Below, in pieces: positions 25,734 to 35,958 of a DNA stretch of 64,000 nt. The position numbers and the translations under genes are program-made. Origin of the DNA: Minisyncoccia bacterium (GTDB lineage Bacteria; Patescibacteriota; Minisyncoccia; Phycocordibacterales; SBAW01); NCBI GenBank assembly GCA_049997855.1, contig JBEKSG010000001.1:58059-122058 (forward strand), read 5' to 3'. Under the pieces are notes generated by a model. It was given only the letters and a program-made list of their open reading frames with translations. It was not told where the DNA came from and made no database searches. Within the stretch, counting starts at the first letter, position 1. Every line of letters starts with the position of its first letter.

Positions 25734-27650
25734 TTACAGATTGTTGGGCAGTAATATTTTTAACAGTTTCTTGAGCGATATTTTGGCGACGCACACCACG
25801 GTGTCGGCGCCGCCGTAATACACCAGGAGCGTGTCTTTGCGCAACACTGCTCCGCACGAAAACACCGCTTTAGGCATCACGCCAATACGTTCGTACTCCT
25901 CGATAGGTTCAAGGATAGTATCCACGAGGCGTGAGACAACCACGGAGGGATTTTTTAAATCGAGCAGCACCGCCCCCAAGCGATAGGTCGACGTTTTAGA
26001 GACGCCGTGATAAATGAGCAGCCAACCCTTCCGAGTTTTAATGGGCGCGCCCGCAATGCCGATTTTTACCGAGTCCCACATGCCGGGCCGCGGATTCATG
26101 ATCTCGATACAGCGCGTAAGGCGCGTCTTGGTAAAGTCGAGCGTATTAAGAAAGTCGGCGCACAACTGCGGATCGATACGATGCAGCAGCATGTACTGAC
26201 CTTTTATCTTTTCGGGAAAGAGACAGGTGTCTTTATCATTGACGTTGTCGGGCGTGGTGAGCATGGGCTTTTGCCACTTGTCCCAGCGTTTGGCCAAAAA
26301 ATCCTTGACCGATATGGAGGTAATGGCAACACGCGTCGGATCAACGCCGTTATAGGCGGTATACATCATATATATGACGTTGCCAATCCTTGTGATGCGC
26401 GGGTCCTCACAGCCGGAGTTGCCGCCGCCTTTCTTCATTTCGAAATCTTCACGTGGCTTGTAGGCGGGCCCCTCGTCGCGCTCGGTGATTTTGATGCCAT
26501 TTTTGGTTTCCGCGTAGCCAAGGACCGACGTGTTGTCGTCGCCCATGGCGCGATACAAGAGATGGATAGTGCCGTCTATATCAAGCGCGGCAGTATTGAA
26601 CACGGCCTTCTTTTCCCACGCGTGGGCTTGGTTTGGCTTTATGATGGGGTTTTCTTTGGCACGCACCGCAAGCTCCACGCGGCGCTCGGGCATCATCGCG
26701 CTCAAAAGGTCGGGCAAGTTGAGCGAGGCGCGTGCGCACACGGTATCGGCGCCGCCATAATAGAGGTCAACTCGGCCGTTTTTTTGCAACAATGCGCCGG
26801 AGGGGAAGACGATATTTGGCACGATGCCGTATTTTTCGTAAATTTCTTCCGGCACCATAATTGGTCCGCGGGTAGCGCCGACGATTTTTGTGGGATCTTT
26901 GAGGTCGAGAAGGAGCGCCTCGATGCCAAACACGCGCTCGCCGCCGCCGAAATAGTTTTGTATGTAGGAATAAAACAACAACCAGCCGTCTTTGGTTTTA
27001 ATAGGTACCGAACCTACCTCCGCGTGGTCGTGATCAAAACGCAAGGGATTGATGATGTGCGATTCAAGCTCCGCATGCCACTCTTCCCAAAAGCCCAAAT
27101 CCCAGAGCTCTTCTATCTTGTCGCACTCCGCTATGGCGATATGTGCCGGCGGCTCGTCGGTGTGCACGGTAACAATGACCGTTATCTTGCCGCCGATGCG
27201 CTCGGGGAAGAGCGCCATGGCTTTGGCGTTAAAGGGAGTAATGAGGTGTCTCTCTTCAATCGATTCAAGATTTTTGGAAATAGCGCAGGCAACTTTGATA
27301 TTGCCCGGACCAAACGGCATGCCGCCGAGCGCCGTATAAAAAATGTAGTATTTGCCTTCAAAAAAAGTTATGCGCGGATCCTCGCATCCGTATGTTTCCC
27401 ACTCTTCGGTAGGCACGATAAATTGCTGGCGGTTTTGAAAGTGCTTGCCGTCTATCGTAAACGCTTTACCGATAGTCGAGATGCCGCCGGGGGCAAGCAG
27501 GGCGTCGGGGCGGCTTTGTGCTCGGTACAAGATATGCGTAAATTTGCCCACCTGCACCGGGCTTGGGTTAAACGCGCCGCGGGACTCCCATTGCCGGTCG
27601 TTGGCAGGAGCGATAAGTGGGTTATGCGAGCTTCTGCGGATAACGTACAT
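25734..27650 (-). CDS. Tandem double-domain glycoside hydrolase family 130 protein (beta-mannoside phosphorylase/hydrolase-like)
   Basis: Two internal repeats each with the GCEDPRIT motif, plus YYGGAD twice. Confidence 0.7.
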   Translation of the reverse strand: MYVIRRSSHNPLIAPANDRQWESRGAFNPSPVQVGKFTHILYRAQSRPDALLAPGGISTIGKAFTIDGKHFQNRQQFIVPTEEWETYGCEDPRITFFEGKYYIFYTALGGMPFGPGNIKVACAISKNLESIEERHLITPFNAKAMALFPERIGGKITVIVTVHTDEPPAHIAIAECDKIEELWDLGFWEEWHAELESHIINPLRFDHDHAEVGSVPIKTKDGWLLFYSYIQNYFGGGERVFGIEALLLDLKDPTKIVGATRGPIMVPEEIYEKYGIVPNIVFPSGALLQKNGRVDLYYGGADTVCARASLNLPDLLSAMMPERRVELAVRAKENPIIKPNQAHAWEKKAVFNTAALDIDGTIHLLYRAMGDDNTSVLGYAETKNGIKITERDEGPAYKPREDFEMKKGGGNSGCEDPRITRIGNVIYMMYTAYNGVDPTRVAITSISVKDFLAKRWDKWQKPMLTTPDNVNDKDTCLFPEKIKGQYMLLHRIDPQLCADFLNTLDFTKTRLTRCIEIMNPRPGMWDSVKIGIAGAPIKTRKGWLLIYHGVSKTSTYRLGAVLLDLKNPSVVVSRLVDTILEPIEEYERIGVMPKAVFSCGAVLRKDTLLVYYGGADTVVCVAKISLKKLLKILLPNNL

Positions 27651-27665
27651 ACTATATGCGGTATT

Positions 27666-28781
27666 TCATACCTTGTTTTCGGGACGGGTCAGCGTTGCCA
27701 AAAATTCATCGAGATTTATTTTTGCCGCGGCAATGCGCTTGTCGCCGCCGCCGTAGTACACAAGCAGGTCGTCGCCAAACACCACGCCGCCCGAGGCGTA
27801 AATGATGCCGGGCTTCCAGTCGTTTTCGTACCAGGCATCGGGCGAGAGTATCGGCTTGTGCGAGCGATAGAGCACTTTGGTCGGATCGTTGAGATCAAGC
27901 AAAAGCGCGCCTACCTTGTAACGCTCTCGGTCGTCTTTATCCATGGCGTGGTAGAGCAGTATCCACCCTTTTTTTGTCTTGATAGGCGGCGAAGCGGCGC
28001 TCCTCGTGCGATTGTGCCAGCCCACAACCCGGTCGGGCACCTGTTGCGGGTCGGGGCTCTCGTGCTGGAAGGGCGCCTCATCCGTCGAAAGCTTATCCAT
28101 GTAGGCAACCTTCACTTTGTTGGCATCTTCATCATAAAGATTATGAAGAAGCGCAAATTTGCCGTTTATTTTTTCGGGGAAAAGCACCCAGTTTTTGTGG
28201 CGCTCGCCCGGGCGCGAAAGATAATTAAATTTGTTCCACAACCACTGCGCGCGCGTGAGATTTTGTGCGTCAATGCTGGTGAGTGCAACACGCATAGAGC
28301 TCCAGCCGTTAAACATATTAAAAGTAAGATACACGCGACCGTCTATTTTTACCGCGCGCGGATCCTCACAGCCGCCCCAACCGCCGCCCGAAGGATTGTG
28401 TATTGTGTCGTACGTAAGCCGTGCCGGCGAGGTGTAGAGATGATGCTCCTTGGCTTCTGTAACGTTCTCGGCGGCATACACAGGGAAGGGGAGCCGCTCA
28501 TCAAAGTGGACGCCGTCGGTGCTTGAAGCGTAGCCAATGCGGGATATGCCATCGCGCCCGAGCGCGCGATAAAAAAGATGCACGCGGCCATCCTCAACCA
28601 CGGCGGCCGGATTAAACACCGCCTCCGACTCCCACCAGTTGAGAGCAATAGGCTCAAGCACGGGATTCTCCGCAATGCGATGCAACTGCGGAGCTATGCC
28701 GCGTTTTTTGCCTGACGGCCACAAAAGAATGATTAGGAGTGCGAGTACAAGAACGAGTACGATCAAAATGAAGATGATCAT
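27666..28781 (-). CDS. Membrane-anchored GH130 family protein
   Basis: N-terminal TM helix, GGCEDPRAV and YYGGGD motifs. Confidence 0.7.
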   Translation of the reverse strand: MIIFILIVLVLVLALLIILLWPSGKKRGIAPQLHRIAENPVLEPIALNWWESEAVFNPAAVVEDGRVHLFYRALGRDGISRIGYASSTDGVHFDERLPFPVYAAENVTEAKEHHLYTSPARLTYDTIHNPSGGGWGGCEDPRAVKIDGRVYLTFNMFNGWSSMRVALTSIDAQNLTRAQWLWNKFNYLSRPGERHKNWVLFPEKINGKFALLHNLYDEDANKVKVAYMDKLSTDEAPFQHESPDPQQVPDRVVGWHNRTRSAASPPIKTKKGWILLYHAMDKDDRERYKVGALLLDLNDPTKVLYRSHKPILSPDAWYENDWKPGIIYASGGVVFGDDLLVYYGGGDKRIAAAKINLDEFLATLTRPENKV

Positions 28782-28796
28782 AATATATGAAATTCC

Positions 28797-29150
28797 TTAC
28801 ACTCGGCCATAATTGTCTTCAAAGCGGGTAATGTCGTTTTCATCAAATTGACCAAGGGCAATTTCAAGAAACGTGAGACCTTCGGAGCCGCCGGCCACGC
28901 GGTGATGTGTGTGCCGTGCGACAAAAAACTCGTCCCCCGGGCTCACCTTAGTTTGTGTATCGCCAACAATGATCGTGCCAAAACCTTTGAGGATCTTCCA
29001 CTCCTCATCTCGATGCTCGTGCTGTTGCAAACTGAGCTCTTGGTTGGGGTCAATGGTGATTATTTTTACCGTAGAAGGCTCGTTAAGCGTAAAGCGCTCA
29101 AAGGAGCCCCATGGGCGCGCCTCTTTATAGTAATGAGAAAGGCCCCGCAT
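28797..29150 (-). CDS. Cupin domain protein (mannose-6-phosphate isomerase type II C-terminal-like)
   Basis: EARPWGSFERF...HRDEEWKILKG...GD...H cupin motifs; start set at the internal Met (MRGLSHYY). Confidence 0.55.
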   Translation of the reverse strand: MRGLSHYYKEARPWGSFERFTLNEPSTVKIITIDPNQELSLQQHEHRDEEWKILKGFGTIIVGDTQTKVSPGDEFFVARHTHHRVAGGSEGLTFLEIALGQFDENDITRFEDNYGRV

Positions 29151-29204
29151 GCACCTAGTATACGCTATTTTTGCAAGGGCGGTGCACAAAGATATGCACA
29201 GATG

Positions 29205-30428
29205 CTAACGTCCCATGGCTTTTAAAAGGAGCCGCGCCCCCAAAAACACCACCACCAACGAGGCGGCATACAACAGAAGCCCAACAGAGAGAACCTCTCG
29301 TTGCTGCAAAAATAATACGGCCGCTCCGAGGAGGAGACAGGCTCCCGTCATACGCCACAGCCACATAGATGCATCACGGAAGATCATGGTGGCGTAAAAA
29401 TCCCTGCCTCTACGACCTATCGATTCCATGGTATGCAAGTCGGTTACATGTATGGATACGCGTACCATCGGCCAAAGCACTGCGCCCACGCATCCATAAG
29501 CCATCAATGTTATCAGTGAGATGTGGGTAGCGAACAGGGCGGTTGCAAGAGAAAGCAAGAGCGTCGAAAAACCCAGGATCCGCAAGCGATTTTGAGTCGT
29601 ACGATATTGCGAAAATAGTAACACGAACAGCGCCGCAAAAAATGCAAACCCGGTGGCATAAAGCCCCACCTGTATCGCGCCGCCGAGCACAAACAGTACC
29701 ACGAGCGGCAATATGATGGTGGTGAATGTTTCTTGCAGTGCCGTGCCGGCAAGGTACGGTTGCGTGGCGCGGTTTTTGCGCTCGGTAATAAAATAAATGA
29801 CATCTTTCCATTCGATGGGCGCAGGCCGGTACTCGTTGAGATTACTAAAGCAAAAAAAACCAAGGAGGTACACCAGCGGCGTTAGAAGAAAAAGGAGTGT
29901 GAAATCCCCCCGATGCAAAAGCGTCCCTGACACAAACAAAAGCCCGGTCGCAAGCGCCGGCCCCACGACCGAAAATATCACTGTGCCGGTTGTGAGGAGA
30001 GACGAGTAAAAATCCCGCTCCTCGTCTTTGGTTTCGGAGAGCTCAAAGGTGTGGATGGTCAGCCAAAAGAGCCCGTTGCCGAGGCCGTTGAGGAACATCG
30101 CTACATATGCTAAAAGCGGCATACTACTATTGAGCAATACCACGAGCGTAACTCCCATAAAGATAAAGCTCCAAAAAAATCCGTACTTGATGTTAAATCG
30201 CATGCGCGAAGCGACAAATCCAAAGACGCAAAACGTGATAAAAATGCCGCTGTTAAAGATGGCGGTTGCCGCTACGTTGAGAAAGAAGCTCGAAAATTGC
30301 TGGTAGAGGAATATCTGGATGAACACGCTGGTGAGGCTGGTGGTGAGGCTGTAAATCCAAAAGAGCTGGACCAGCGAACGCACCGGCGGACGCAATCCCT
30401 TAAACTGCGCTACGATTCCTCTAACCAT
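29205..30428 (-). CDS. MFS transporter (12 TM)
   Basis: ORF track; polytopic hydrophobic pattern. Confidence 0.6.
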   Translation of the reverse strand: MVRGIVAQFKGLRPPVRSLVQLFWIYSLTTSLTSVFIQIFLYQQFSSFFLNVAATAIFNSGIFITFCVFGFVASRMRFNIKYGFFWSFIFMGVTLVVLLNSSMPLLAYVAMFLNGLGNGLFWLTIHTFELSETKDEERDFYSSLLTTGTVIFSVVGPALATGLLFVSGTLLHRGDFTLLFLLTPLVYLLGFFCFSNLNEYRPAPIEWKDVIYFITERKNRATQPYLAGTALQETFTTIILPLVVLFVLGGAIQVGLYATGFAFFAALFVLLFSQYRTTQNRLRILGFSTLLLSLATALFATHISLITLMAYGCVGAVLWPMVRVSIHVTDLHTMESIGRRGRDFYATMIFRDASMWLWRMTGACLLLGAAVLFLQQREVLSVGLLLYAASLVVVFLGARLLLKAMGR

Positions 30429-30592
30429 GGGGCAATTCTAACACCCGTATGAATATAAGTATTGTTATCCCCGCAAACCTTTACAGGGGGTATTGCGCAC
30501 AGCCCCGAGCTGGTACACTATACGTGGGACGAGGCTACGCACGGTGGATCCTCAGTTTGGTTACTATTAATAAATAATTAACACACGTTTTT

Positions 30593-30850
30593 ATGGTTAG
30601 AACCGCAAACCCAGCTTTATTAAAACCGATGAAGCTCTCACCCGAGCTTGAGGCAGTTGTAGGCAACGGCCCGATGCCGCGCTCAGCCGTTGTTAAGGAG
30701 CTTTGGGTGTACATTAAAAAGCACGATCTCCAGAATCCTCAGAATAAGCGCAATATTTTAGCCGACGATAAACTCAAAGCCGTGTTTGATGGTAAGAGCG
30801 AGGTCTCAATGTTTGAGATGACCAAACTCGTCTCCAAGCACCTGAGCTAG
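30593..30850 (+). CDS. SWIB/MDM2 domain protein
   Basis: LSPELEAVVG...SAVVKELWVYIKKHDLQNPQNKRNILADDKLKAVFDGKSEVSMFEMTKLVSKHL matches the SWIB fold signature nearly throughout. Confidence 0.7.
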   Translation: MVRTANPALLKPMKLSPELEAVVGNGPMPRSAVVKELWVYIKKHDLQNPQNKRNILADDKLKAVFDGKSEVSMFEMTKLVSKHLS

Positions 30851-30855
30851 ACTCC

Positions 30856-31692
30856 ATGTTCTCATACGCGCAGGCGGCGGTGCTCGGACTTCTTCAGGGA
30901 GTTACCGAACTCTTTCCCATATCGAGCTTGGGACACAGCGTCATACTCCCTTCACTTTTGGAATGGAACATCGACCAAGCATCCGCGTCGTTTGTTGGCT
31001 TTGTCGTACTTACACACTTAGCCACGGCGCTCGTACTCTTTGCGTTTTTTTGGCGCGATTGGCTCCGCATTATTATAAGTGTGTTGCGTTCGATAGGAGC
31101 GCGCACCCTGCGTGACCCGTATGCAAAGCTCGGCTGGCTTATTATCGTGAGCACCATTCCGGTAGGTGTACTTGGGTTTTTATTTCAAGATCCGCTCACG
31201 CATCTTTTTGCATCACCGCGCCTCGTGGCAGGAATGTTAATCCTCAACGGCCTTGTGCTTTATGCGGCAGAAAAGTTGCGCAGAAAAGCATCTGAGGGGG
31301 AGGCGAGCGATGCGGCGCTCGCACAGCTCTCGTTTACGCAGGCTATGGGCATAGGGTTGGCACAGTGCTTTGCGTTGGTGCCAGGTTTTTCGCGTACCGG
31401 ACTTACGATGACCGGTAGCTTGGCAAGTGGCCTTGGGCACGAAAACGCCGCGCGATATGCCTTTTTGCTCGCAACACCGGTCATTTTTTCGGCGGCGGTG
31501 CTTAAAGTGCCTCATGTGTTTAAAGAGGGCGGCGCCGTGCTCGGCCCGGCTTTATTCGGTGCTCTTTGTGCGGCGCTCGCCGCCTACGTCTCGGTGCGGT
31601 TTCTCACAACATACTTTAAAACAAACACACTTATGCCTTTTGCGGTTTATTGCGTCATCGCGGGTGCGGCGTGCGTCCTCTTGCTCGCCTAG
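30856..31692 (+). CDS. uppP: Undecaprenyl-diphosphate phosphatase
   Basis: GLLQGVTELFPISSLGHS motif of BacA/UppP. Confidence 0.85.
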   Translation: MFSYAQAAVLGLLQGVTELFPISSLGHSVILPSLLEWNIDQASASFVGFVVLTHLATALVLFAFFWRDWLRIIISVLRSIGARTLRDPYAKLGWLIIVSTIPVGVLGFLFQDPLTHLFASPRLVAGMLILNGLVLYAAEKLRRKASEGEASDAALAQLSFTQAMGIGLAQCFALVPGFSRTGLTMTGSLASGLGHENAARYAFLLATPVIFSAAVLKVPHVFKEGGAVLGPALFGALCAALAAYVSVRFLTTYFKTNTLMPFAVYCVIAGAACVLLLA

Positions 31693-31704
31693 TGTTTACG
31701 TCGC

Positions 31705-32799
31705 ATGATGCTCCGTATGTGTACCACCTCGCGCACGTATCTGGTTTTATTGCTGCTGGCCTCACTCCTTGCGATGGGCGCCGCTTACGCGGCGCTCTTT
31801 CCCTCGCAGGCACGCTCTGTCCTCGGCTTGCCCGGTCCGGAGCCGACGCTCGCGACCCTCAACACCGCGCCAGAAGGCTCGCTGTCGCTTGTGGTTGAAC
31901 CGCAAAACGGCGTCGCCCCCGTGCTCTTTTTGATACAAAACGCCAGCACATCGGTTGACATGGTGATGTACGAGCTCACCGACAGCCGCGTGGAACAGGC
32001 GCTGGTCGATGCAAAAAGCAGGGGCGTCGCGGTGCGAGTGTTGCTTAACGAGGGATATTACGGCAAACAAACCGGCGACTACGGTGCGCCCCTGCCGGTC
32101 AATCAGCCGGCGTACGAATATCTAGAATCGCACGGCGTTGCGATTAAATGGGCGCCCGCATACTTTGCGCTGACGCACCAAAAGACGCTGGTAGTAGACG
32201 GGAGTGAGGCTCTTATCATGTCTTTTAACTTAGTGCCGCGCTACTACGCAACCGGCAGAGATTTTGGCATTGATGATACCGACCGAGCAGACGTCTCCGC
32301 GATAGAAAAAACTTTTAACGAGGATTGGACCGGAGAGCAGGAGACCGCTCCGCAAGGCGACGATCTTTTATGGAGCCCGGGAGCAAAAAGCATAGTACTT
32401 TCGCTCATCGCGAGTGCGAGCTCAACGCTTGAGATATACAACGAAGAGATGAACGACCAAGATATTATACAGGCGCTTGAGGCGGCGGCCGGGAGAGGAG
32501 TTACCGTGCGAGTGGATATGACATACGCCACCAACTGGAAGCCAGTCTTTGCCGAGCTTACACAGAGCGGAGTGTTGGTGCGCACCTACGCCTCGAACTC
32601 AAAGAATCTCTACATACACGCCAAAATGATTTTGGTCGACAACCACATTGCATTTGTCGGCTCAGAAAATTTTTCGACAGGTTCTCTCGACGACAATCGC
32701 GAGCTTGGAATCGTATTTTTGCAACCAAACATATTAGCTTCTCTGCAAACCATCTTTAATGCCGATTGGTCAGATGCGCGCCCGTTTGCGTCTCAATAA
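31705..32799 (+). CDS. Secreted phospholipase D-like (two HKD motifs) protein
   Basis: HQKTLVVDG and HAKMILVDNHIAFVGSENFS HxK(x)4D motifs; signal peptide. Confidence 0.7.
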   Translation: MMLRMCTTSRTYLVLLLLASLLAMGAAYAALFPSQARSVLGLPGPEPTLATLNTAPEGSLSLVVEPQNGVAPVLFLIQNASTSVDMVMYELTDSRVEQALVDAKSRGVAVRVLLNEGYYGKQTGDYGAPLPVNQPAYEYLESHGVAIKWAPAYFALTHQKTLVVDGSEALIMSFNLVPRYYATGRDFGIDDTDRADVSAIEKTFNEDWTGEQETAPQGDDLLWSPGAKSIVLSLIASASSTLEIYNEEMNDQDIIQALEAAAGRGVTVRVDMTYATNWKPVFAELTQSGVLVRTYASNSKNLYIHAKMILVDNHIAFVGSENFSTGSLDDNRELGIVFLQPNILASLQTIFNADWSDARPFASQ

Positions 32800-32825
32800 A
32801 GAATTAGCGTATTATTAAAGAATAT

Positions 32826-33566
32826 ATGTTTTCAATCATCAGACGCGTGCTCTTTTTTCTCGTGCCATTTTCTCTGGCATTTTGGTATATCCACGAATTG
32901 TTCGAATCGGTTATTTCCCGTTCGACTCAAAACGGACTGGCGGGATTTTACTCCGTCGACGGGATTATTTTCGGTCTCATTTTAGCTTTTGTCATTCAGC
33001 GTGAGTGGGAGACCTGGACCAAGCTTTCGGAGTCGGTACGGACCGAGATAGACTCGGTACGGGAAATGTGGAAGTGGAGCAATTACGCCGAAGCGCCCCT
33101 GTGCAAAGAGGCGCACAAACATCTCGAAAGCTATCTGCAGTTGATTATTGCAGAATGGAACGACGGCGAAGAGCATATGCGGAGCGAAACCGTCGATGCG
33201 GAGCTCGACGGTCTCCGGGGCATACTGGTTGCTATGTCATCTTCGGTCGGCAGTCTTGCCGAGCCGTTGCGTAACGCCTTTATCAACCTTATCCAAGCGC
33301 GCAATCAGCGCCTTAACTTTAGCAACGAGCACATGCCTGTCATCTTAAAACGCATCGTATTTTTGACGGACATACTTCTTATTATTTTGTCTCTGTTTAT
33401 CGCCGTTAACAACGTGTATTTGGATTACATTTTTACCGCTTCCATAGGCTTGCTGGCTTTTGCGCTCATTCTCGTTGTCGACGATCTCGACAATCCCTTC
33501 CGGCCGGGTACCTGGCACTTAACGGCTGAGGGATACGAGCGACTGTTAGAGGAGCTTAAAGATTGA
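32826..33566 (+). CDS. Hypothetical membrane protein
   Basis: ORF track; N- and C-terminal hydrophobic segments. Confidence 0.35.
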   Translation: MFSIIRRVLFFLVPFSLAFWYIHELFESVISRSTQNGLAGFYSVDGIIFGLILAFVIQREWETWTKLSESVRTEIDSVREMWKWSNYAEAPLCKEAHKHLESYLQLIIAEWNDGEEHMRSETVDAELDGLRGILVAMSSSVGSLAEPLRNAFINLIQARNQRLNFSNEHMPVILKRIVFLTDILLIILSLFIAVNNVYLDYIFTASIGLLAFALILVVDDLDNPFRPGTWHLTAEGYERLLEELKD

Positions 33567-34841
33567 GATAAAAAAATTAATCGTACTATTGAGGAGAAAA
33601 CTTCCCATGGATTCTGTCGGTGTGTTTGGAGGAATAACTACTTGCGTACCTGGCACCGGACTTGGTGTTATTGATACCGTGCCAGTAGCTGAGACAGTCA
33701 CCTGGAGAGGGAATGCTTGCGTTTGGGGGGGCGCGGTGACTGCGCCTATGTTCTGCGGAACAACAGACGGCTGTGTAATTTTTTTTGTACTGACCGTTGA
33801 CGGTGTTTGAGGCGCGATTGTTGGTGGCGCGACAGGCGCGGCTTGTATTGCTGACGTTGAGATGGCTGGTGTAACCGTTTGCGTCAGGGGTGTGGCCAAG
33901 GGAGGCAACACGGTAATGGCAACGGTTGACGTCCCACTGCGGCCGGTGCTGTCGGTTGCCGTAACACTGATAGTGTGCACCCCAATATCATTGTAGATCG
34001 GCACCCAGCTTGCTTTGCCGGAGGTAGGGTCGATGGTCATAGTCGATGTGCCAATACTGTAAAAAGCATCCTTTGCCGTGTAAATCGGCGATACAAATCC
34101 TGTTGAGGTTGCGGCAAATGTAAGCGTACTGCCCGCGTTAACGCTCATGCCGGGCACAAAATTTATGAGGGATACCATAGCGGCCGGCAAGACGGTAATG
34201 GTAGCTGAAGTACTGGCAATGTTCCCATATTGGTCTTTTGCCGTCACAACGATAATGTGAGTACCGATATCTTGGGCAATGGGTGTCCAATTAAAGTTGC
34301 CCGAGGCGTTGAGCGTATAACTCTGCATGGATGAATTAAAAAAAGAATCGGCAATCGTATAGGTCGGGTTAAAAAGTCCGGAGACAGAGACCGAAAAGGT
34401 AACGGGGTTACCGATATTTACGTTTGCGCTCGGCGATAATGATTGTATCGAGACACTCGCGGTACCATCGACTATTATTTGTTGCGATACCGTTGCGCTG
34501 TCGCCTTGCGCGTCGGAGACGGTAATGGTGAGCCCATGAGTGCCGACATCGTCTTTATTGGGCGTCCACGAAAAATTGCCCGAGCTGTCCACATTAGTGC
34601 TCGTGACGCCGCCAGGGAAGGAGTCGACCAGATAATAGGTTGGATTGGTAAAGCCGCTCGTGATAATCGAGAAGGTAACTTTGGCGCCAGTGGGAACCTC
34701 GGCGGCAGGGTAGAGACCGGCAATGCTTGCCGTACTATCGGCGCGGGCAGGATTTTGTGCTAATGCAAAAATGCACACAAACACCAGAGCGGTGACTATG
34801 TATATTAAAGTTCGGCGCATATGCTTTTTAGTGTAACGCAT
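33546..34841 (-). CDS. Secreted protein with four tandem Ig-like (putative He_PIG-type) repeats and Pro/Thr-rich C-terminal stalk
   Basis: Four repeats of roughly 95 aa of the form VTFSxxxSGFxNPTYxxxDSF...SGNFxWTPxxxDIGTHxI.V.A.D. Confidence 0.5.
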   Translation of the reverse strand: MRYTKKHMRRTLIYIVTALVFVCIFALAQNPARADSTASIAGLYPAAEVPTGAKVTFSIITSGFTNPTYYLVDSFPGGVTSTNVDSSGNFSWTPNKDDVGTHGLTITVSDAQGDSATVSQQIIVDGTASVSIQSLSPSANVNIGNPVTFSVSVSGLFNPTYTIADSFFNSSMQSYTLNASGNFNWTPIAQDIGTHIIVVTAKDQYGNIASTSATITVLPAAMVSLINFVPGMSVNAGSTLTFAATSTGFVSPIYTAKDAFYSIGTSTMTIDPTSGKASWVPIYNDIGVHTISVTATDSTGRSGTSTVAITVLPPLATPLTQTVTPAISTSAIQAAPVAPPTIAPQTPSTVSTKKITQPSVVPQNIGAVTAPPQTQAFPLQVTVSATGTVSITPSPVPGTQVVIPPNTPTESMGSFLLNSTINFFISIFKLL

Positions 34842-35205
34842 AAAAAAAGAGCCGGGCAGGCTCTTTTGAATGACACACTAAACTTAGGGTTTGCGTACGT
34901 TCGAACCATTCGCGCGCCTAGAAACTATTTCCCCTTCCTCAAATACGACAATGTTAGGCCGAAACCTCAAAAAACCCTTAGGCCCTAAGACTACTTTAAT
35001 TGTCTTTAGCAACTTACATTTGATAGATATTTTTCCAACTCCAACAACCGTAGCAGGACACCATTTCTGTCCGAAGCGAACTTCGACTGGTTCTCCATCC
35101 TTCCACTGTTGTTCGAGACTCTGCAACGCGATAATCCCGTGCATGTTACCCATCTCCTATAAACGAACCGTTCCTTCTGGATAGTATCCTGCAGGCTAAT
35201 AATAG

Positions 35206-35955
35206 TCAACTTTCGCGGCCTTTTTGCCACCAGGTTGCCAAAACGGTCGAGGTGGGCATGGCGATAATAAGCCCGATTGTTCCGGCAAGCGTCCGTATGA
35301 TATCGCTCACCAAAGGCTCGTAGTTGAGTGCGCTCCATAGCGAGCTGCCGTCGCCGACATAGACAATAAGCAGGGGCAACGAAACTCCCGCATACACCAA
35401 AAATAAGGTGTTAATAATCGAGCCGAGATGCGCGATGCCAACGACGTAAGACTGCCGATAGATTTCCTGCATGGGCGCATCGGGCTGTGCGGCAACAAAT
35501 TCCATAACCGTAGCGACTTGCGTAACCACCATTTCTGTCAAAATGCCGAGCGTTCCGAGCATGATGCCCGCGGTTAATAATTGCCGCAAGTTAATCCCTG
35601 CCAGGCCCAAAAAACTATCGTCGGTTGAGGTGATGCCTGTTAAATGTGCCGCAGAGACGGCGCCGTGTACAACCGCGCTTATAAACAAGAAATTTAAAGC
35701 GATACCGATTACCGATACATGCGATAGTGTCGTAAACCCTTCGGTCAGATACACAATGCATACCAACATCGGCAATCCCACCAGCAACACCGCCAGCTCG
35801 GGATTGTAGCCGCCCACAATAAGCGGAGTAATAATCCACAATAGCGCGGCGATGGTTAACAGGAGCGAAAAGAGGATTCGAAAACCTTTTTTGCCGCACA
35901 CGACAAACACAAGCGCCAAAAATATGATCGACAATGCCGTAACTACCGGTTCCAT
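35206..35955 (-). CDS. YibE/F family membrane protein (paralog of 2705..3901, lacks the N-terminal extracytoplasmic domain)
   Basis: Alignable to the C-terminal 240 aa of ORF 2705. Confidence 0.5.
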   Translation of the reverse strand: MEPVVTALSIIFLALVFVVCGKKGFRILFSLLLTIAALLWIITPLIVGGYNPELAVLLVGLPMLVCIVYLTEGFTTLSHVSVIGIALNFLFISAVVHGAVSAAHLTGITSTDDSFLGLAGINLRQLLTAGIMLGTLGILTEMVVTQVATVMEFVAAQPDAPMQEIYRQSYVVGIAHLGSIINTLFLVYAGVSLPLLIVYVGDGSSLWSALNYEPLVSDIIRTLAGTIGLIIAMPTSTVLATWWQKGRES

Positions 35956-35958
35956 GAG

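Noticed and set aside
26007-28526. 839-aa plus-strand ORF
   Set aside because: It lies entirely antisense to the two strongly conserved GH130 genes. Its translation is low-complexity (Arg/Gly/Ala/Val-rich) with no motifs. It is an artefact of a GC-rich antisense frame.
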